A DNA stretch of 39,295 nucleotides from Euzebyaceae bacterium. Its GTDB lineage: Bacteria; Actinomycetota; Nitriliruptoria; Euzebyales; Egibacteraceae. Position numbers and translations under genes: made by a program. Location: NCBI GenBank assembly GCA_013696915.1, contig JACCXR010000411.1, positions 1 through 39,295 of the forward strand. Reading direction: 5' to 3'. The notes under the pieces are model-generated. The model did no database searches. It saw nothing but the letters and a program-made list of their open reading frames with translations, and was not told the origin of the DNA. Below are positions 34,763 to 39,295 of the stretch, one piece after another. Each line of letters opens with the position of its first letter. Position 1 is the stretch's first letter.

Positions 34763-37000
34763 TCACTGCCGCGCCGCGGAGAAGCGCCGCAGCACGTTCT
34801 CGGTGATCCGTGACACGTTGTTGTCGTAGCCGTTGTGCGACAGCGCTCCGCAGTACGCGATCGAGCCGACCGAGAACACCGCCCCACCGTCCGGGGTCTC
34901 GAAGAACACCATGTCGCAGCGCATCGGGTCGTGGAGATCGACGTCCGTGCCCGCGACGTGGACGGGGTGCTGGTGCTCGTACGTCGGGGAGAACTCCGTG
35001 GCGCTGGCGAGCACCAGCGTGTGGGGCGGCGTTCCGAGGGAAGCGTCGGCACAGTCGACCTCGAAGCCCGCAGCACCGCCCATGGTCAGCCCGAAGTCTC
35101 CGATCGGTTCGTCGTCTCCCACACCGTCGAAGATCCACGCGGCCCGGGGATCGAAGCTGTCGGGTTGGCGCTGGTACGGCGAGGACCGGTCGAAACCCTG
35201 CGCGATCGAGCCGACGCCGGCGAGGCGGTTCGGCGGCCGGCCGCGCTCGCGCCACGGTCCGCCGAACTCGCCGGTGGTGCTGTGGTAGCGCTCCCCCGGC
35301 GTCGCGTCGCGCATCCCCCCGCCGCCGCGGCGGACCTCGACGACGTTCCGGCGCTCCTGGTCGAAGGTCGTCGCCCAGATCAGGCCGTTCCCGCCCAGGT
35401 ACAGGAGCCGCCCACCGTGGCCGAGGTACGCCTCCAGACCGTCGAGCATCGCCCCCGACCAGTACTCCGGATGGCTGCCGGTGAGGACGACGCGGTACTG
35501 GTCGAGCAGCGCAGCACCCTCCCGGTCCAGGTCCTCGTCGGTCGCCACGTCGAACTCGAAGCCCTTGACCGTGAGCCAGTCCACCAGGTACAGATCGGCG
35601 TTGAACTGGTGCGGCGCACCGGCGTCGTCGAGGATGTCGAAGTTCGCGCGCGGCCTCAGGTTGACGATCGGTCGCCGGGCCGACGAGTAGAGCACCGCAC
35701 TCCCGTCACCGTGGAAGTGGTACAGCCCGAGCACCCCGTTCTCCTGAGCGAACGCCTCACGGAAGTTGGCGTACGCCAGGTACGAGTTCGTCGGCACGAG
35801 GAACAGGATCGGTGCCGTCGCGCGGCGGCCGGCCGGCCGCACGAAGAACGGCACGTGGTACTCACTGTCGCCGGCGCTCAGCTTCGCCGCGTAGACGCCG
35901 CTGCGCAGTGAGTCGGGAACCGTCAGCTCGAACGCCACGTCCCAGCCGCAGTCGTCGAGGTCGTCGTCGTGGAAGTGCAGGGCGCCATGGGTCTCGGGAG
36001 CGCTGGTCCACGCCCGCTCGCCACCGCCGAAGGCATGCCCGCTCATCGCGCGCGCCGGGAGGTTCACGGTGCGGCCGTCCAGCCCGTTGCCCGAGACGTC
36101 GCGGATCCGATCCGTCGGCGTGTCGAGGGCGAAGTCCCACGCCGCTCGCACCGGTCCGGCGTCCGCGACGGCGGCGCCCCGCTCGACAGCCTCGAGCGCC
36201 CCGGGGCCGAGCGCCGCGCCGTACACGACGGGTGCCTCGATCTTGCCGTTGTAGTGGCCCCGGCCGGCCGGTCGCTGCGCCTCGGGTCCCGACGACCATG
36301 CCGCCATGACGAAGGGCGCCCCGTCGTCGTCGACCGCCGGGGTCTCGACCGCCCGCTCGGCGGCGACGGCGGTGGCGTCCAGCGGCCACGACGGGAACGG
36401 ACGCTGGATCAACAGCACCGAGCCGCGGGTAGCGTCGTACGCCGCCGCCACGAAGTACCACTGACCCGCCCGCAGTGCCGCCCCGCTCGAGACGCGCTGC
36501 GCCTCGCGCCCCCGCGCGCCCAACCACAGCGCCAGCTCTCCGCGCTCGTCGATCACCAAGGCGTAGCCGAGATCGCCGCTGCCGGACCACTTCGTGAGCA
36601 GACCCTGTGCGCCCTTGTCGGGCATGGTGGGGAAGATCCACGCCGCGAGCGTGAAACTGTCGTCCAGGCGCAACGCCGGGTCATCGGGCACCACGACGGA
36701 TGAGCCGGTCGGATACGACGGTGGGTGACCGGTGTACTCGCCGTCGATCGGCGTGTCGACCGTCTCCTCCTTCAGGCCCGGGGCGCCGGGCCGGTCGTCG
36801 CCATGGAGCAGCCGCACGATCTGGGCGCGATAGGTCGGATGCTCGCAGCTGACCATGAAGCGGACACGTTCGCCCGGCGCCACGCTCCACGGATCGGCGT
36901 AGCCGACGAGGGGCAGATCCTTGTGGACCAGCGGCCGGGGCCCCGCTCCAGCCCCGGAGGCCGCTGGACCCGATTCGCCGTTGACTACAGCAGATGCCAT
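34763..37000 (-). CDS. N,N-dimethylformamidase beta-subunit-like protein (LamG/concanavalin-like insert plus DMFase-type C-terminal domain), function unknown
   Basis: ATG 37000 has GAGGA 4 nt upstream. LamG-like: ...FTLAAWIFP...GYALVIDERGELALWLG...WYFVAAAYD.... DMFase-beta-like C-terminus: ...ILFLVPTNSYLAYAN..., ...FNADLYLVDWL...FEFDVATDEDL..., ...VLTGSHPEYWS..., ...GGRLLYLGGNG.... The upstream 64 codons of track ORF 34763..37192 run through the promoter region. Confidence 0.7.
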   Translation of the reverse strand: MASAVVNGESGPAASGAGAGPRPLVHKDLPLVGYADPWSVAPGERVRFMVSCEHPTYRAQIVRLLHGDDRPGAPGLKEETVDTPIDGEYTGHPPSYPTGSSVVVPDDPALRLDDSFTLAAWIFPTMPDKGAQGLLTKWSGSGDLGYALVIDERGELALWLGARGREAQRVSSGAALRAGQWYFVAAAYDATRGSVLLIQRPFPSWPLDATAVAAERAVETPAVDDDGAPFVMAAWSSGPEAQRPAGRGHYNGKIEAPVVYGAALGPGALEAVERGAAVADAGPVRAAWDFALDTPTDRIRDVSGNGLDGRTVNLPARAMSGHAFGGGERAWTSAPETHGALHFHDDDLDDCGWDVAFELTVPDSLRSGVYAAKLSAGDSEYHVPFFVRPAGRRATAPILFLVPTNSYLAYANFREAFAQENGVLGLYHFHGDGSAVLYSSARRPIVNLRPRANFDILDDAGAPHQFNADLYLVDWLTVKGFEFDVATDEDLDREGAALLDQYRVVLTGSHPEYWSGAMLDGLEAYLGHGGRLLYLGGNGLIWATTFDQERRNVVEVRRGGGGMRDATPGERYHSTTGEFGGPWRERGRPPNRLAGVGSIAQGFDRSSPYQRQPDSFDPRAAWIFDGVGDDEPIGDFGLTMGGAAGFEVDCADASLGTPPHTLVLASATEFSPTYEHQHPVHVAGTDVDLHDPMRCDMVFFETPDGGAVFSVGSIAYCGALSHNGYDNNVSRITENVLRRFSAARQ

Positions 37001-37078
37001 GCCGTCCTCGTTCGCCAGTCGTCCGCTACACGGCGTAGCCAGAAGGGACCCGAAGAATAGCAGCCGTTCGCTAACGAC

Positions 37079-37091
37079 AGAAAGACATTCT
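37079..37091 (-). promoter_or_regulatory. Operator-like copy of the AGAAT-N3-wTTCT motif (minus strand AGAATgtcTTTCT) upstream of the DMFase-like operon
   Basis: Read directly (plus strand AGAAAgacATTCT). Its right half belongs to a 9-bp inverted repeat, CCGAAGAAT 37050-37058 / ATTCTTCGG 37087-37095. Confidence 0.45.
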
Positions 37092-37103
37092 TCGGCCGGG
37101 AGA

Positions 37104-37118
37104 GGAGTCGACGACTCC
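37104..37118. promoter_or_regulatory. 15-bp perfect palindrome GGAGTCG-a-CGACTCC in the divergent control region
   Basis: Read directly (7-1-7 symmetry). It is too tight to be a stable hairpin loop, so a dimeric protein site is more likely. It lies between the two motif copies. Confidence 0.35.
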
Positions 37119-37142
37119 ACCGTGAGCGCCCCAAGCCTTCCG

Positions 37143-37179
37143 TTGACACCCGTCGGTCGCACTAACAGAATACTGTTCT
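37143..37179 (+). promoter_or_regulatory. Sigma-70-type promoter TTGACA-N17-CAGAAT with overlapping operator AGAATactGTTCT
   Basis: TTGACA 37143-37148, 17-nt spacer, CAGAAT 37166-37171. The palindrome CAGAA-tactg-TTCTG 37166-37180 covers the -10 and the predicted start site, ~45 nt upstream of ATG 37225 (RBS AAGGGAGA). Confidence 0.6.
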
Positions 37180-37224
37180 GCAGCCGCGGCATTCCGGTTC
37201 ACACGCTCCAGCAAGGGAGACTTC

Positions 37225-38586
37225 ATGCGAGTTCGACTCAGCTTGGTGCTCAGCGCCGTCCTGGTGTTCAGCATCGTCGGCGTAGTCCCCTCGGCCGCAC
37301 ACCCTGAAGGCGAGGACCTCCAAAGTGACAGGCATTACCCAAGCGAGGAGGCGCGCGCCCACGAGCTCGCCAACGTCGTCGCCGCCAATGCGAACGAGGA
37401 GAGCAACGCGCCGCGCGGCTTCGCCCCCTGCATCCGCGGGATGGCTGCGGACACCTTCCCCTGCGACGGCGTCGACATGATGAGCCACCTTACGCTGGGG
37501 GATCTGGGCGTCACCTTCGTCAGTGACATCTGGGGTTGGACCGACCCCGGGACCGGCGCGGACTACGCAATCGTCGGCGGCCGTCAGGCCACGGTGTTCG
37601 TCGACATCAGTGATCCGAAGCGCCCGGATGTCGTGGGCCTGCTGCCGGCCCACACGAACGTCGCCATCGGCGGCCTCTGGAAGGACATCAAGGTGTACGA
37701 CAACCACGCCTTCATCGTCTCGGAGAGCGTGGGCCACGGCATGCAGGTCTTCGACCTCAGGCAGCTACGGGGAGTCACAAGGGACCCTGTGACGTTCGAG
37801 GAGACGGCGCACTACGCCGGGGTCAGCAGGACCCACAACCTCAACATCAACACCGACACAGGCTACGCGTACCTCGTGAGCGGCGAGACGTGCAGCCGCG
37901 GCCTCCACATGGTCGATGTCTCGAATCCGACCGAGCCGGCCTTCGCCGGCTGCTTCACGGAGCACGGCAACATCCATGACACCCAGTGCGTGATCTACGA
38001 GGGACCGGACACCGTCTATCAGGGCCGTGAGATCTGCTTCAACTCAGCTCCCCAGGTCACCGTCTTCGGGCCCGGCGGTGTCTACAACACGCTGTCGATC
38101 GTCGACGTGACCGACAAGGAGAGGCCCCAGGCGATCGCGAACGTCGAGTACGCCCAGAGCGGCATCAGCCACCAGGGGTGGCTGACCCCCGACCAGGGCT
38201 ACTTCCTGCACGGCGACGAGTATGACGAGACCTTCTACGGCATCAACACCCGTACACGGATCTGGGACGTGCGCGACCTCGACGACCCACGGGTGATCGG
38301 CGCCTTCGACAGCGAGACGGCAGCGACGGACCACAACATCTACACAGCCGGCGACCGCGCCTACGCCTCGAACTACAGCGCCGGCCTACGGATCTATGAC
38401 ACCAGCGATGTCGCCAACGGGGAGCTGTCCGAGGTCGGGTTCTTCGACGTGTATCCCGAGCACGACAACCCGGCCTTCCGCGGCACCTGGAGCAACTATC
38501 CGTGGTACGAGCAGGGCGTCGTGGCCGTCAGCAGCCAAGATCGCGGGTTGTTCGTCCTCAAGCCCAAGGGGCGGGTAGGCCACTGA
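37225..38586 (+). CDS. Secreted choice-of-anchor-B family protein (LVIVD-repeat beta-propeller type)
   Basis: Signal peptide MRVRLSLVLSAVLVFSIVGVVPSAAHP. Family-typical blocks: ...FPCDGVDMMSHL..., ...DIWGWTDPGTG..., ...WKDIKVYDNHAFIVSE..., ...HGMQVFDLRQL..., ...HDTQCVIYEGPDT..., ...HQGWLTPD..., ...DHNIY..., ...GLRIYD..., ...WSNYPW... Confidence 0.75.
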   Translation: MRVRLSLVLSAVLVFSIVGVVPSAAHPEGEDLQSDRHYPSEEARAHELANVVAANANEESNAPRGFAPCIRGMAADTFPCDGVDMMSHLTLGDLGVTFVSDIWGWTDPGTGADYAIVGGRQATVFVDISDPKRPDVVGLLPAHTNVAIGGLWKDIKVYDNHAFIVSESVGHGMQVFDLRQLRGVTRDPVTFEETAHYAGVSRTHNLNINTDTGYAYLVSGETCSRGLHMVDVSNPTEPAFAGCFTEHGNIHDTQCVIYEGPDTVYQGREICFNSAPQVTVFGPGGVYNTLSIVDVTDKERPQAIANVEYAQSGISHQGWLTPDQGYFLHGDEYDETFYGINTRTRIWDVRDLDDPRVIGAFDSETAATDHNIYTAGDRAYASNYSAGLRIYDTSDVANGELSEVGFFDVYPEHDNPAFRGTWSNYPWYEQGVVAVSSQDRGLFVLKPKGRVGH

Positions 38587-38604
38587 CAGCGTGAGACGGA
38601 GGAT

Positions 38605-38637
38605 GGTGGCCCACGGCGAGATCCCCCGGGGGCCACC
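38605..38637 (+). terminator. GC-rich hairpin (GGTGGCCC / GGGCCACC, 17-nt loop) 19 nt after the stop; weak terminator candidate
   Basis: Read directly. The stem is 8 bp, there is no U-tract and the loop is large. Confidence 0.25.
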
Positions 38638-38727
38638 GCACCACGGCTGCAGAAGCGGTTTCTGTCCGCGCGGCGCGATCGGCTAGGCTCCGGGCGGACC
38701 AGTCGGGATCAAGACCCAAGGGACATC

Positions 38728-39295
38728 GTGAGTCGAGCAGGCGCGCATGCTGGCGTCCTCTCCAGCGGCGCGCGGTATGCCGTCGAGGCGCCCGGGAGCT
38801 GGAACGGCGTCCTCGTCCTGTACAGCAAACCCGTGCCCGTCGGTCCCGACGACCCTCCCTGGCAGCCGGGGGACCCGCTGATCGGGCACCTGGTCGCGTC
38901 GGGCTACGCCGTGGCCGGATCCACCAACACGATCTTCTGGCCACTGGAGTCGGCCTTCTCGGACCAGCCGGCCCTGCTCGACATCGTCGACCAGGTCCTC
39001 GGTCCCCCGCGGCACACGATCGGCTTCGGCCTGTCCATCGGCGGGATCATGACCGCCGGCTTGGTGCAGCGCTTCCCGGAGCGCCTGTCCGGTGCGTTGC
39101 CGATGTGCGGCAACCTCGCCGGAGCCGTCGGTGTCCACAACCGCGAGCTCGACATCGCGTTCGTCGTTAAGACCCTGCTCGCCCCGGACTCCGCGCTGCA
39201 GCTCGTCGACGTGCGCGACCCGGACGAGAACCTGGCGCTGGCCCACGCCGTGCTGCGCGACGCGCAGGCGTCACCTGCGGGCAGAGCCCGGCTCG
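38728..39295 (+). CDS. Alpha/beta-hydrolase-fold protein (3'-partial, runs off the window end)
   Basis: Not in the ORF track because no stop is reached. The frame from GTG 38728 (AAGGGA 4 nt upstream) is open to the window end with G/C-rich third positions. It reads VSRAGAHAGVLSSGARYAVEAPGSWNGVLVLYSKP...HTIGFGLSIGGIMTAG... and carries a G-x-S-x-G nucleophile elbow. The competing minus ORF 38683..39246 is Arg/Gly-rich shadow. Confidence 0.6.
   Translation, partial: MSRAGAHAGVLSSGARYAVEAPGSWNGVLVLYSKPVPVGPDDPPWQPGDPLIGHLVASGYAVAGSTNTIFWPLESAFSDQPALLDIVDQVLGPPRHTIGFGLSIGGIMTAGLVQRFPERLSGALPMCGNLAGAVGVHNRELDIAFVVKTLLAPDSALQLVDVRDPDENLALAHAVLRDAQASPAGRARL

Noticed and set aside
38683-39246. 187-aa minus-strand ORF at the right edge.
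   Set aside because: It is Arg/Gly/Asp-rich shadow. The plus-strand frame from 38728 has G/C-rich third positions and a GLSIGG hydrolase motif and remains open to the window end.
1-39295. Looked for CRISPR arrays, tRNA/rRNA genes, phage or integrase genes, and defence-system hallmarks (nucleases, helicases, methyltransferases, other toxin-antitoxin pairs).
   Set aside because: I saw no regularly spaced direct repeats, no cloverleaf-like or rRNA-like segments and no such protein signatures in any frame. The only defence- or TA-related trace is the decayed RES fragment.

Overview
This is a very GC-rich, densely coding, actinobacterial-type chromosomal segment. I recognise about 32 protein genes or gene remnants. 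I found no rRNA, tRNA, CRISPR array, transposase or integrase. All family calls come from reading motifs in the translations, because no BLAST or HMM search was possible.

Left ~5 kb: the tail of a cell-wall-binding-repeat protein, then a minus-strand operon of beta-carbonic anhydrase (split by a 1-nt frameshift), a HATPase/PAS/GAF signalling protein and a PPOX-class F420-type enzyme. After that come two truncated genes lying 5' end to 5' end: a RES-toxin C-terminus and a paralogue of the signalling protein's central domain. An IclR-family regulator follows.

From ~5.2 to ~38.6 kb there is a block of alternately oriented operons dominated by C-N bond hydrolases, peptide uptake and redox enzymes:
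- a CoxSML-type molybdo-hydroxylase;
- SnoaL / class-III aminotransferase / SDR / IlvD-family dehydratase / VOC;
- an M20 amidohydrolase;
- an MSOX-like amine oxidase plus an S9 peptidase;
- two mirror-image paralogous Dpp/Opp-type ABC importers, one with a second S9 peptidase translationally coupled inside it;
- a DMFase-beta-like protein / gamma-glutamyltransferase / amidase operon;
- a secreted choice-of-anchor-B protein.
A partial alpha/beta hydrolase follows at the window edge.

The most interesting signal is an AT-rich palindrome, AGAAT-N3-ATTCT. It recurs in all four divergent promoter regions of this block and overlaps -10-like hexamers. Three copies are extended to TAGAAw-N14-CAGAA. 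This suggests a single ~33-kb regulon, with the IclR gene as candidate regulator, for catabolism of an unidentified peptide or amide substrate. I cannot match the block to a described pathway.

Other oddities are a 12-bp perfect inverted repeat bracketing a low-GC 103-nt segment between convergent genes, and a 15-bp perfect palindrome plus a 9-bp inverted repeat in the 37.0-37.2 kb control region.
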